From an uncultured Lentisphaerota bacterium (GTDB lineage Bacteria; Verrucomicrobiota; Lentisphaeria; Oligosphaerales; CAJXKU01), in NCBI GenBank assembly GCA_913055945.1, contig CAJXKU010000001.1:1-42760 (forward strand): a DNA stretch of 42,760 nucleotides, written 5' to 3'. This document shows, in pieces, positions 9,941-20,105 of the stretch. The position numbers and the translations under genes are program-made. Below the pieces are notes generated by a model. That model did not search any database. It was given only the letters and a program-made list of their open reading frames with translations, and was not told the DNA's origin. Position 1 is the stretch's first letter. Each line of letters begins with the position of its first letter.

Positions 9941-10249
9941 TCACGATGCCCCACGTTTATGGATTAATTTGGTTTTGCAGTTATTGGTTCATGCTCTTGC
10001 GTACTTCCTATCATCCTAAAATACGCAGCAGAAAAACCAAAGAATGTATAAGTGCTTCTTTTAAGATGTTTGCTTAGCTTCTCGGCATCTTTTGCCCGCT
10101 ATGGTAAACTGAAACCCGGACATTCAGCTTGGGATCAGAATCGGGCTACGCGCTTGAGTTCTGCAGGTCAACGCAAGGGGCCGATTTCTACGGGCCAGGC
10201 GTAGCAGATGGGTATTCACACAGAGAGGCGAGTCAGGTCAGTGTGCGTA

Positions 10250-11116
10250 TTACGCGTTATGTATCTGTTCAAGAAGTTCAGCGCCGTGAGCATTAACGGC
10301 GATAAACGTCGGATTCGTTACGTCCTCCTTATTGTAAACGAGCGGTTCCCGGTGGTCATAAGTAAGGACGTAACCGCCGCTTGCTTCTACTATGGCCTGT
10401 GCGGCGCCGGTATCCCATTCCATGGTGGGCGCCAGGCGCGGATAAATATCCGCTTCCCCGTCCGCCAGAAGACAGAATTTTAAGGAACTTCCGGCTGATG
10501 TGAGCTCGACATCTGTGGACTTTTGTTTCACAGTGTCAATAAACCGTTGGGTCTCGTCATCCAGATGAGAACGGGAGGCGACGATCCGCACAGTATCGCT
10601 GTCCGTGTTCTTACTATCCTCGTTGAGCTTTATCCAGCCTCCGTTTTCTTTGCGCCGATAGGCGCCTTCGCCTAAAATTCCCGCATAGGTCAGTTCCACA
10701 GCGGGCGCATGGACAACACCGAGGAGAGGGCGGTTCTCAGCCACCAGAGCGATATTGATGGTAAACTCGCCGTTTTTGTTGATAAATTCTTTCGTACCAT
10801 CCAGGGGATCGACCAGCCAGAAAAAATTCCATTGCCGACGGGTTTCGAAAGCGATCTCTTTGTTTTCTTCGGAGAGAATCGGCAGAATTTCTTCCTCGTG
10901 CGCGTCGTGCAGAGTTCTGAGTCCTTGACAGATTACCTCATTCGCCTTCGTGTCGGCACGGGTCAGTGGCGTGTCGTCTGCTTTACGCGTTTGTCCAACA
11001 TCATCCTCTCCATAGACGTCCAGTACCTCTTGCCCGGCTTTTTCAGCTAAAGAGACCACTTCGCTTACCAAGTGAGATACGTCGAAGCTGTCACGTATTG
11101 AGTTTGATTGTAACAT
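10250..11116 (-). CDS. cysQ: 3'(2'),5'-bisphosphate nucleotidase CysQ
   Basis: KADDTPLTRAD, LSEE, WLVDPLDGTKEF, SRSH, GSSLKFC, EWDTGAAQA. Confidence 0.95.
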   Translation of the reverse strand: MLQSNSIRDSFDVSHLVSEVVSLAEKAGQEVLDVYGEDDVGQTRKADDTPLTRADTKANEVICQGLRTLHDAHEEEILPILSEENKEIAFETRRQWNFFWLVDPLDGTKEFINKNGEFTINIALVAENRPLLGVVHAPAVELTYAGILGEGAYRRKENGGWIKLNEDSKNTDSDTVRIVASRSHLDDETQRFIDTVKQKSTDVELTSAGSSLKFCLLADGEADIYPRLAPTMEWDTGAAQAIVEASGGYVLTYDHREPLVYNKEDVTNPTFIAVNAHGAELLEQIHNA

Positions 11117-11221
11117 ATTGAAGACCTTTCTCGTTGGCGGAAACTATCTGAACATTTCCGATTGTTCCACTTCGGAGTTCTCAACAGTTCTGAGAAGCGT
11201 AAGCCTACCTGCGATCCTTCG

Positions 11222-12385
11222 TCAGTGTGCTGTGTAGAAGTTTTTGACTGTATCTACCACCGCCTCTGCCTGTTCCGCGGTAAGTTCCGGATAGACAGGT
11301 AAGGCGAGGGTTTCAGCGGCCGCGTTTTCGCTTTGCGGAAAGTCTCCGCTGCCGTATTCCAGGTATTGAAGACACTCCTGCTGATGGAGGCATTTCGGAT
11401 AATAGATCGCCGTACCGATGGCGTTTTCTTTCAAGTGGTGAAACAGTGCATCCCGTTGCTCGGCGCGGATGACGTATTGGTTGAAAACATGGCGATCCGT
11501 CTTTACATTGGGCGTAGTGATTCTGCCTCCGCCGGGGGCGTCCGGGGCGCCGCTTGTGCCTTCGGCGGGTTCTTCGGCCAATCCCTCTTCGGCGAAGCGC
11601 CGGTTGTAGTAATCTGCATTCCTCTGCCTTGCCTCGGTCCATTCATCGAGATATTTCAATTTTACAGAAACAACTGCTGCCTGTAAAGCGTCGAATCGCA
11701 TATTCGCGCCCACATAAGGGTGATGGTAACGCTCCGTCATGCCATGCACTCGCAGACTTCGGAGTTTTTCCGCACGCTCAGGATCGTTCGTGGTGACCAT
11801 TCCGCCATCGCCCGCACCGCTCAGGTTTTTTGACGGGAAGAACGAGAAGCAGCCGTAATGTCCGATATTTCCCGCCCGATTCTCTGCGTGTTCTGATCCG
11901 ATCGCCTGGGCAGCATCTTCGATCACACACAAACTGTTTCGATCAGCTATATCCATGATACGTTCCATATCCGCAAGCTGACCGAATAGGTGTACCGGGA
12001 TTATCGCCTTTGTCCGAGGCGTGATCATTTGTTCGATCTGCTGGGGGTCGAGATTGTATGTGTCCGGCTTAATGTCGACAAATACCGGTTTCGCGCCGGC
12101 CCGAACAATCGAACCCGCCGTGGCGAAAAAAGAGTAGGGTGTGGTGATCACTTCGTCGCCGGGTCCGATATTTTCCGTGAGCAAAGAGATGAGCAACGCA
12201 TCACTGCCTGAGGATACCCCTACGCCGTAAGCCGCGCCCACATAACTGGCCACGGCCGCCTCACATCTTTCAACTTCGGGCCCAAGGATAAACTGCTGCG
12301 AATCGAATACGGCTTGCACGCGGCTTTGAATCTCTTCCTTTATCTGTTCGTATTGCGCCTGTAGATCAAGAAGCGGAACCTTCAT
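11222..12385 (-). CDS. DegT/DnrJ/EryC1/StrS family PLP sugar aminotransferase
   Basis: VPLLDL, SSGSDAL, PVHLFGQ, EDAAQA, SFFPSKNL..GDGG. Confidence 0.95.
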   Translation of the reverse strand: MKVPLLDLQAQYEQIKEEIQSRVQAVFDSQQFILGPEVERCEAAVASYVGAAYGVGVSSGSDALLISLLTENIGPGDEVITTPYSFFATAGSIVRAGAKPVFVDIKPDTYNLDPQQIEQMITPRTKAIIPVHLFGQLADMERIMDIADRNSLCVIEDAAQAIGSEHAENRAGNIGHYGCFSFFPSKNLSGAGDGGMVTTNDPERAEKLRSLRVHGMTERYHHPYVGANMRFDALQAAVVSVKLKYLDEWTEARQRNADYYNRRFAEEGLAEEPAEGTSGAPDAPGGGRITTPNVKTDRHVFNQYVIRAEQRDALFHHLKENAIGTAIYYPKCLHQQECLQYLEYGSGDFPQSENAAAETLALPVYPELTAEQAEAVVDTVKNFYTAH

Positions 12386-12415
12386 TGTCAGTCCTTTTTA
12401 TGTTCATTCTCAAGT

Positions 12416-13381
12416 TCAATCGATACCGTGGTAATGTTTGTACCATCGTACAAACGTCGGAATTCCTTCAGAAATGGGGGTTTTCGGCTCGTATCCGAGT
12501 TTGCCCCGACTTCGCGTAATATCGGCGTACGTAGCCGGCACATCCCCCGGCTGAATGGGCAGCATGTTCATCTGCGGCTCCACATTGAGTTCTTCGGCAA
12601 TACCGTGAATCATATCCAGCAGCTCTTCCGGGCGATTATTGCCGAGGTTAAGAATTTCATACGCCTCGAGATTCCGGTTGAAAAGAGCTGCCAGTACACC
12701 TTCGGTAATATCATCGATATAGGTGAAATCACGCCTCATCTTGCCGTAGTTGAATACATCGATTGCCCGGCCTTCCAGCATGGCTTCGGTGAACAGCCAC
12801 ATGGCCATATCCGGTCGTCCCCATGGGCCGTAAACCGTAAAAAAACGTAAGCCGATGGTCTGAATGCCGTACAGATGTGTATACGTATGAGCCATAAGTT
12901 CGTTGGATTTCTTGGAGGCTGCGTAAAGACTCACCGGCGTGTCCACCGGATCAGATTCGCTGAACGGAAGTTTTGTGTTGCCGCCGTACACGCTTGAACT
13001 GGACGCATACACCAGGCGCGGTACAGGTTCGGCGTGTCGGCATGCCTCCAGCATATTAAGGAATGCTTCCATGTTTGACCGCTGATACACGAAAGGGTGT
13101 GTCAGTGAATAACGTACGCCGGCCTGGGCGGCAAGGTGGCATACGAGTTCGGGCCTCGTTCGGCTGAAGATTTCTCCGAGCCCCTCATAATCGCATAGAT
13201 CCATGCTGACGCCTTCGTAACGGGAATACTTTTCTAAAGTGGCGTGCCGATCCTTTTTTAAGTTTACACTGTAGTAATCGTTAAAATTATCGATTCCGGT
13301 TACGCTGTGACCCTGCTGTAGCAGCGCGCTGGCCACATAGCATCCTATGAATCCGGCGGTACCTGTCACGACGATGTTCAT
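12416..13381 (-). CDS. NAD-dependent epimerase, UDP-glucuronate 4-epimerase-like
   Basis: TGTAGFIG, HLAAQAGVRYS, YASSSSVYG, YAASKK, RFFTVYGPWGRPDMA. Confidence 0.93.
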   Translation of the reverse strand: MNIVVTGTAGFIGCYVASALLQQGHSVTGIDNFNDYYSVNLKKDRHATLEKYSRYEGVSMDLCDYEGLGEIFSRTRPELVCHLAAQAGVRYSLTHPFVYQRSNMEAFLNMLEACRHAEPVPRLVYASSSSVYGGNTKLPFSESDPVDTPVSLYAASKKSNELMAHTYTHLYGIQTIGLRFFTVYGPWGRPDMAMWLFTEAMLEGRAIDVFNYGKMRRDFTYIDDITEGVLAALFNRNLEAYEILNLGNNRPEELLDMIHGIAEELNVEPQMNMLPIQPGDVPATYADITRSRGKLGYEPKTPISEGIPTFVRWYKHYHGID

Positions 13382-13466
13382 CGGAAGAAGATCCTATCCA
13401 TGTTTATTCTATTCCCTGTTTCCCACGCCGGCAGATACAGAATACGCCGATGTAACGTCCGAAGGG

Positions 13467-15095
13467 CTATTCTGAGCTGGGCACTGCAAGTCTGACACCC
13501 GGAATCAGGCGGGGGCTCACACTCAATATGCGGACGCCTCGGTCAAGCAGGTACGGTACATAGGAGGGGTCGCCCGCGATTTCGCCGCAAAGGGAGACAG
13601 GTTTCCCTGTGTTACGCCCTGCCTCGACGATCCGCTCCACCAGTTGCCAGAAAACCGGTTGGTCGGGCTGATAATCCTCTGCGACGTATGCGTTGTTTCT
13701 GTCTACAGCAAAAAGATACTGCACAAGGTCGTTACTGCCTATGCTTGCGAAATCGGCCTCGGCTAACAACGCTTCTGCTTCAAGACAGGCAGAAGGGATT
13801 TCGAACATCGTGCCGAGCTGAAGGTTCTTCCCGGAAATGTCCTTCGTCGCCCGGTGGATAATTTCCTTTATTTTCCGAAATTGCTCGACGCCGGTGACCA
13901 TCGGAATCATAAGCGATACGCACCCTTCACGGGAGGCTTTTGCTGCGGCGCGAACCTGAGCGGTAAGTATTTCAGGATTACCCAGCAGGAAACGCGCACC
14001 CCGGTAACCCAAAGCCGGATTTTCCTCCTGCTGAAAATCCAGAAAAGGCAGAGGTTTGTCAGCGCCTACGTCGAGCAGCCGCATATAAAAGGGTTGCCCG
14101 GAGGCCAGCCCCTTGAGCACTTCTGTGTAGAGGGGGACCTGTTCTTCTTCGCTGAGCAGGCGGTTGGCGGCGAAGAACTCAAACTCCGTCCTGTACAATC
14201 CAACCCCTTCAGCTTTCATGGCTACCGCATGCTCTATATCCGAGGATCTGCTGATGCTCGCTAATACGCGCATGGCGGCGATCGGCGCCACCGATTGCAG
14301 CGAGCGGATCGCAGGTTGCTTACGGCTGTGCACTTGCTGAAGTGTCTTTTCTTCCGGCGCGACCACGATTTCACCATTATCGCCGTCCACAAGAAGCTCT
14401 GTGCCGCACGAGATTGTGCTGTGAATACCTTCAATTCCGCTTACAGCGGGTATCCCGAGGGCTTTTGCCAAAATGGCTGCGTGAGAGTTGATGCCGCCTC
14501 GCTCTGTCACGAACGCGATCGTATGCTCTGTGTCCAGTTCCATCGTTAAACTCGGGGTCAATTCCTCCGCCACCACAATGCGATTGTATCCGCGTTGACA
14601 ATGGGCCGAATCATCAGAGCATTGCAGCGACGGATTCATGTTCGCCAGCACGTCAAGCAGACGTCTGCGCACTTCGTCCAGATCAGAGGTGCGACCCTGC
14701 ATGTACTCATTGTCCACCTCGGACAACTGCTCCTGGTAGTAATCCATGACGCTGTTTACAGCGGTTTCAGCATTGCACTCACGTTCTGTAATCGTGTCCA
14801 GGATAGCGTTTTTCAGGGTCTCGTCCTCAAGGAGCATTTTCTGTACCAGGAAGATTTCAGCCTCAGCTTTACCCAGGCGGCTTTCAACATCCTGATGAAG
14901 CTTGTCCAGACGTTCGCTTACCAGTCGGACGGCTCGTTCTGTGCGTTCCCGTTCGCGCGAGATGCCTTCGCCGCCAACTTTATACATGGGGAGGTTGCTA
15001 TGACGTTGTTCGTTAAACAGACAGACCCTTGCAACGCCTACGCCACTGCTCAGTCCAATGCCTTTAAGCCGCTTTTCTTTAATCTGATGCTGCAT
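13467..15095 (-). CDS. ptsI: Phosphoenolpyruvate-protein phosphotransferase (PTS enzyme I)
   Basis: SHAAILAKALGIPAV phospho-His, GVGLYRTEF, ENPALGYRG, SIGSNDLVQY, LCGE; start placed at MQHQIKEK to avoid overlap with the upstream gene. Confidence 0.92.
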   Translation of the reverse strand: MQHQIKEKRLKGIGLSSGVGVARVCLFNEQRHSNLPMYKVGGEGISRERERTERAVRLVSERLDKLHQDVESRLGKAEAEIFLVQKMLLEDETLKNAILDTITERECNAETAVNSVMDYYQEQLSEVDNEYMQGRTSDLDEVRRRLLDVLANMNPSLQCSDDSAHCQRGYNRIVVAEELTPSLTMELDTEHTIAFVTERGGINSHAAILAKALGIPAVSGIEGIHSTISCGTELLVDGDNGEIVVAPEEKTLQQVHSRKQPAIRSLQSVAPIAAMRVLASISRSSDIEHAVAMKAEGVGLYRTEFEFFAANRLLSEEEQVPLYTEVLKGLASGQPFYMRLLDVGADKPLPFLDFQQEENPALGYRGARFLLGNPEILTAQVRAAAKASREGCVSLMIPMVTGVEQFRKIKEIIHRATKDISGKNLQLGTMFEIPSACLEAEALLAEADFASIGSNDLVQYLFAVDRNNAYVAEDYQPDQPVFWQLVERIVEAGRNTGKPVSLCGEIAGDPSYVPYLLDRGVRILSVSPRLIPGVRLAVPSSE

Positions 15096-15193
15096 TTTTA
15101 TATCCATTCGAGCAACGGCAATCCGACTTCGCGCTTTCTCGGCAATCGTCTTCCGCGTTGCTGCCCTTACTTCCGTTCTCAGCTTTGTCCGAT

Positions 15194-16663
15194 TCAGGTT
15201 TCGCGACGACGGTCCTGCAGAAACGTCTGATATCCTTTGAAGGCCATATACGCATCCAGTTTCCCGGCGATTTCCCACGGTGCATGCATGCTCAGCAGCC
15301 CTGCACCGCAATCGACCACGTCCATACCGTAGCGAGCGAAAAACATGCTGATCGTACCGCCACCCCCTTGGTCGACTTTGCCCAGTTCAGCAGTTTGCCA
15401 GAATACGTTCTGTTCGTTGAACATCCGCCGCAGTTCGGCCATAAACTCTGCACTGGCCTCACTGCAGCCCGCTTTACCTCTGGATCCGGTATATTTGTTC
15501 ACCACGATCCCTGCATTCAGTTTACCCGCATTATTGGGCGAACTGACGTCAGGGTAATTGGGATCGTGGACAGCGCAGACATCAGCGGAAAGCATCCGGG
15601 AACGTTCCAGGGTACGCCGCAGATCCAGATCTGTGTAGCCTTCGGTGCAGCTGTTCAGCAGTTCAGCCACACTGTTTTCGAAGAACGTGGAGTCCATGCC
15701 GGTGGCACCCTTGGAACCGATCTCTTCCCGGTCACACATGAGCACAATTGATGTAAACTCCGGTGTCTCCTCTGCCTGTAGTAAGGCTTGTAAAGCTGCG
15801 TAAGAACTTATCCTGTCGTCGTGGCCATAGCCGAGCATCATCGAACCGTCCAGTCCCGCTTCCCGGGCTACGCCGGCGGGAACAATTTCCAGCTCGGCAC
15901 TGGCAAAATCTTCTTCTTTAATGCCGTACTTGTCAAAGAGTTGCTGCAGCAAATTCTGTTTCACTTTTTCATTTGTTTTTCCGGTTTCCTCTTCCGAATT
16001 TTCCGATTCCTGTTCTTGCGGGGCTGCGCCCAGAAGCACGTTCAGGTTTTCCCCCGGAATAGCTTTCTCCATCTTTTTCTCTGCCTGGTCTTTGTCCAGA
16101 TGCGGGAGTAAATCAGTAATGACAAAAACCGGGTCGTCCGAATCTTCTCCGACGGAGATATTAACTTTCGTGCCGTCCTGTTTCACAATAAGCCCGTGCA
16201 GAGCCAAAGGCATGGTTACCCAGTGGTATTTCTTGATACCTCCGTAGTAATGCGTGTCCAGCAAAGCCAGTTCACTGTCTTCGTAAAGGGGGTTGGGTTT
16301 GGCGTCCAGTCTGGGCGCGTCCGTGTGGCCGCCGACGATATGCAGCCCATCGGTGAGGGGACGCCTGCCGATCTGACACAGAAGGAGCGTCTTCCCGCCG
16401 AAACTGCGATACACTTTGGTTCCTGCATCCAGGGGAGCGTTATTATCGCGGCATACTTCCTCAATGGGTCTGAAGCCTTTGTCAGCCGCTGCCTTCAACG
16501 TCCAGTCGTGCACTTCACGTTCAGTCTTCGCTTGACTCAAAAAAGACATATAACGTGAACAGTACTCTTCCATCTGAGCTTTTTCTTCAGCATCCAGGTC
16601 GTTCCACCGGTTTCGGCGTTCCCAGCGAAGATTGTCGTCTTTTCGGGGTTCCTCAGTAGCCAT
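15194..16663 (-). CDS. M18 family aminopeptidase
   Basis: KTERE, HTDAPRLD, THYYGGIKKY, HDDR, DREEIGS, GGGGTI, SMHAP; GGAGG SD before ATG 16663. Confidence 0.93.
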   Translation of the reverse strand: MATEEPRKDDNLRWERRNRWNDLDAEEKAQMEEYCSRYMSFLSQAKTEREVHDWTLKAAADKGFRPIEEVCRDNNAPLDAGTKVYRSFGGKTLLLCQIGRRPLTDGLHIVGGHTDAPRLDAKPNPLYEDSELALLDTHYYGGIKKYHWVTMPLALHGLIVKQDGTKVNISVGEDSDDPVFVITDLLPHLDKDQAEKKMEKAIPGENLNVLLGAAPQEQESENSEEETGKTNEKVKQNLLQQLFDKYGIKEEDFASAELEIVPAGVAREAGLDGSMMLGYGHDDRISSYAALQALLQAEETPEFTSIVLMCDREEIGSKGATGMDSTFFENSVAELLNSCTEGYTDLDLRRTLERSRMLSADVCAVHDPNYPDVSSPNNAGKLNAGIVVNKYTGSRGKAGCSEASAEFMAELRRMFNEQNVFWQTAELGKVDQGGGGTISMFFARYGMDVVDCGAGLLSMHAPWEIAGKLDAYMAFKGYQTFLQDRRRET

Positions 16664-16987
16664 ACGCAATCGCCTCCATAGTGTTGATGGGTATATTTTT
16701 CAAAGTCGGAACTATGAGCTGTTGTTCTGTAACTTCGCAAACCCTCTGTTTGCCCGGCAACCTGTTACGGGTCATTCACAGGATAAATATGAGGCTCGTT
16801 TGGGTCCGTAGCTGGAGCTGTACAACGTTTTCCGGTGCCGGCCGGCAGATTTGCTCCTGCTGAGGCTCGAGCTGACGGAGATCATAACAACGATCATTCA
16901 TCCTGACCCCGTTCAAAACGGTATGGTACTTACTATAGTACAAATGTTTCTGTTGGGGTTTCACCATAAGCTACGCCTGAGGTTCTA

Positions 16988-17689
16988 TTGATGCAACAAA
17001 AAATGCCGCACCCTGAGCCTGAACGATTGAACCGGCAGCGGGGAGGAATGTTTATAACGTTTGAAGGGCCCGACGCCGCTGGGAAATCGACCCAGGCCCG
17101 AATGCTGGCAGACGTACTGCACGAAGCAGGCTACACGGTCCACTTGACCCGCGAGCCCGGCGGTACGCGCTTAGGGGAAGCGTTGCGGGACCTGGTGAAG
17201 GGGTTGAAGACTGAAGACCCACTGGTTCCTGAAGCCGAACTTTTACTCTTCGGAGCCAGTCGGGCTCAACTCGTAAGACGCGTGATCGAGCCTCGTTTGA
17301 AGAAAGGCGAAATCGTTATCTGTGATCGCTTTTCGGACTCTACGACGGTTTATCAGGGCATTGTGCAGAACATCGATTTGTCGTTCATAAGACAGATGCA
17401 CGATTTCACGAATCAAAGCACGGAGCCGGATCTGACAATCCTTCTGGACGTCACCGTAGCTACGAGCTTTGAACGTTGTGAGGGGCGGAATATTGAGCAG
17501 AAAACGCAAGCCGACCGATTCGAAGCGGAATCCAGCCGATTTCACGAGAACGTACGTCAGGGGTTTCTTCAGTTGGCACGGCAGGAGCCCGGGCGGATAA
17601 ACATTGTCGATGGGGATGCCTCGCCGGAATCCATTCATGCGCATATTAAGGAGCTTGTGTCCAAACATGGCCTTGAATCTATACAATGA
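16988..17689 (+). CDS. tmk: Thymidylate kinase (start may be ATG 17048)
   Basis: FITFEGPDAAGKSTQ, TREPGG, ICDRFSDST, PDLTILLD, DRFE. Confidence 0.95.
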   Translation: MMQQKMPHPEPERLNRQRGGMFITFEGPDAAGKSTQARMLADVLHEAGYTVHLTREPGGTRLGEALRDLVKGLKTEDPLVPEAELLLFGASRAQLVRRVIEPRLKKGEIVICDRFSDSTTVYQGIVQNIDLSFIRQMHDFTNQSTEPDLTILLDVTVATSFERCEGRNIEQKTQADRFEAESSRFHENVRQGFLQLARQEPGRINIVDGDASPESIHAHIKELVSKHGLESIQ

Positions 17690-18683
17690 GCGTTTCCCGA
17701 AACTTGTAAAATTTCTGCAGAATGCCAAAGCGAAACGACGCGTTGCGCATGCTTACTTGATCACAGGAGACCAGGAGGAGCTTCTACGGGATTTTGCCCG
17801 GTCCTGGATTCAAGTGTGCGCGTGTGAGTCACCCGGCGAGCGCTATGATGCGTGCGGGAATTGTGAAAACTGTCGGAAACTGCAGAATCACACGTATCCC
17901 GAATTATTTGTCTTATGGCCGGAGTCCAAATTGCGCACAATCGGTGTGGATGATTCCCGCTGGCTCGAACAGCAGTTGGGTATGACCGGAACCGGCGCGC
18001 GCCTCAAAGTGGGCCTGATTACAGAGGCTGATTGCATGACCGAGCAGGCCCAGAATGCTTTCCTGAAAACCCTGGAAGAACCCCAGCCCGGCAATATGCT
18101 GGTGTTGACGACTACGCGACAGCGACGGTTGCTGCCTACCATTCGATCAAGGTGTCAGACAATCTCCATCCGCGAAAATTCGCGGGACTACGGAGATCTT
18201 GTCGATGCGGGTCTTTTTGATATCCTCGCGCAGATCGAGCCGGAATCCGGCGCTCTGCGTGCGTTGACCGCGGCCTCACAACTTGTTGAGCTGTTCGGGC
18301 AGTTGCGGCAACAGGCCGAGGAGGCACACAGCGGCGACGAAGATGAGCGTTGGGAGCATGTCGCTGAAGGTGATAAGAATCTGCAGAAAAAAATCGAAGA
18401 TCAACGCAATGCACAGATAGAAGCTGAATACAGACGGCTCCGAGAGCGCTTTCTGGACGCAATCCAGACGTGGTATCTGCAGCAGGCGTTATTAAGCAGA
18501 GGCGTAAACAGAGAGGCCATACCCCATCAGGAAATGCTGCCCTATATCTTCCCGTGTTCTCCAGAGGCGGCTGATCGAAATGTTCGACTCGTGGATGATC
18601 TGATCTATTACCTGTCCGGTAATACTGACGAACGTCTGGCGATCGAAGCGTTCTGTCTCTCTGTGTGTGAGAAAAGCGCCTAG
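17667..18683 (+). CDS. holB: DNA polymerase III delta-prime subunit
   Basis: HAYLI, Cys zinc motif (CGNCENC), AQNAFLKTLEEP, LLPTIRSRC; canonical tmk-holB order; AAGGAG SD. Confidence 0.9.
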   Translation: MALNLYNERFPKLVKFLQNAKAKRRVAHAYLITGDQEELLRDFARSWIQVCACESPGERYDACGNCENCRKLQNHTYPELFVLWPESKLRTIGVDDSRWLEQQLGMTGTGARLKVGLITEADCMTEQAQNAFLKTLEEPQPGNMLVLTTTRQRRLLPTIRSRCQTISIRENSRDYGDLVDAGLFDILAQIEPESGALRALTAASQLVELFGQLRQQAEEAHSGDEDERWEHVAEGDKNLQKKIEDQRNAQIEAEYRRLRERFLDAIQTWYLQQALLSRGVNREAIPHQEMLPYIFPCSPEAADRNVRLVDDLIYYLSGNTDERLAIEAFCLSVCEKSA

Positions 18684-18820
18684 TGATCGAACGTGGCTGG
18701 CGTGCTCTCGCAATAGGCGGAGATGACAGCGGCCTTGTTCGGTTGATTCGTGCAGTTATCCTTCGTTTTTTATCGCCGCCCCTCAAGCATGCATCGCCAT
18801 TCTGTCAGAGAGGGAGATAT

Positions 18821-20005
18821 TCACCGGTCCGCCCCGCTTTTCTTCTTCGCGGAATGGGGATTTTTCCGGAAGCGGTAAAGATGCATGAGCCGGGTCAAAT
18901 AGCTCGGCACATCGGGAAACGGCTGACGCCAACAAGCAGCACGGAGCTGTTCTTTCGGCATCAATAACTGTTCAAGCAGTACCGATGTCGGCTGGGACGC
19001 GAGACCGGTCCCCTTTAGCGGTAATTCTTTGAGAAGATCAACCGCCCGCTGCGCTTCTTTCTGCTTCGCCAACCGGACGGCGCGGATCAATACGGCGCTT
19101 GCGTTAGCCTCTGTGGGGGGCGAATGTTCTGTTTTGTGCTCTAGGCCGATGTCCAGGCCATACTGCTGCATCGCAAGCGGACAACGCCCTGTAATAGAGA
19201 TTATCTCCCTTTGCAGTCGGCCTGATGTAAAGTCCTTGGCGTTCTCTGGAAGCGCATCGGCCGTCACTTGGGCCAGTATCGTCTCAGCAATTGGCTTTCC
19301 CCGCATGGAGTTGAGGTCGAACTCGTACAGCAGTTGTCGTAAGGCCCACTTCTTTTCCTTTGTACGACGTTTCGAAATCCTGCCGTCCTGCTGTTCAAGC
19401 CAGTCTTCATAAAATGTAAAACCCGTCAGCGGTTCACTGGTTCGCCGAAGGTTCTGCAACGCTTGGCGAGCCTTCTCTGCCTCCGGATACGGTTGGTGCT
19501 GCATGTAATCCCGGAGAGCGGACAACGCGTTCAGGATATTGTCAACCCGTGCGGAGAACTCCGTATACGATGAGTTCATTGCAAATTGTTCGGCGAGCTT
19601 TTGGGCCGCCTCCAGGTCTCCGTTGGTTAACATGGTGTTAAGTTTCCGCACCCCTTGGCGTTTCTTTTCGTGCGTCCGGAGTCGGTCGACGAATTCTGCT
19701 TGCGGATATACCCCTTCCAGACGATCGATCTTTTTCAGAGTGTCCTGGGGAGGCCCCGAGGCGGCGGCTTCAATTGTACGTTTTAATACCTGAGTGTCCA
19801 GGTTGCTGTATTCATCCGCTGTGTCTTCAGAACCGCCGCAACCGGTTTGCAGCGCTGCGGCGGCTCCCAGCAGGGCGATGAAAATAACCGCCTGATGAAC
19901 TTGTCGTCGAATACTGTGCAAAATAAGACCTCGCTTCGTTGTCGGGGAAACGTTCCGCAGATAAACGTGCGTGCAAAAACAATGTGCATGAATTACATTA
20001 TTCAT
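18821..20005 (-). CDS. Hypothetical lipoprotein, predicted helical (true start probably downstream of 20005)
   Basis: Long ORF filling the gap; hydrophobic stretch ending LQTG-C (lipobox-like). Confidence 0.65.
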   Translation of the reverse strand: MNNVIHAHCFCTHVYLRNVSPTTKRGLILHSIRRQVHQAVIFIALLGAAAALQTGCGGSEDTADEYSNLDTQVLKRTIEAAASGPPQDTLKKIDRLEGVYPQAEFVDRLRTHEKKRQGVRKLNTMLTNGDLEAAQKLAEQFAMNSSYTEFSARVDNILNALSALRDYMQHQPYPEAEKARQALQNLRRTSEPLTGFTFYEDWLEQQDGRISKRRTKEKKWALRQLLYEFDLNSMRGKPIAETILAQVTADALPENAKDFTSGRLQREIISITGRCPLAMQQYGLDIGLEHKTEHSPPTEANASAVLIRAVRLAKQKEAQRAVDLLKELPLKGTGLASQPTSVLLEQLLMPKEQLRAACWRQPFPDVPSYLTRLMHLYRFRKNPHSAKKKSGADR

Positions 20006-20105
20006 ATAAGAAGACGTCGTTTAGATGGAAGCGTGATTATTTGATAACATACTGCCCGTCACGACATCAGCCAGTTTACCGGAAGAGAAAGCCTCTGGTG
20101 AAGAG

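Noticed and set aside
15096..15311. Extended N-termini in the ORF track for ptsI (likewise larE, araC, holB and the WD40 protein)
   Set aside because: The extensions overlap neighbouring genes or promoters and lack family similarity; downstream starts fit better
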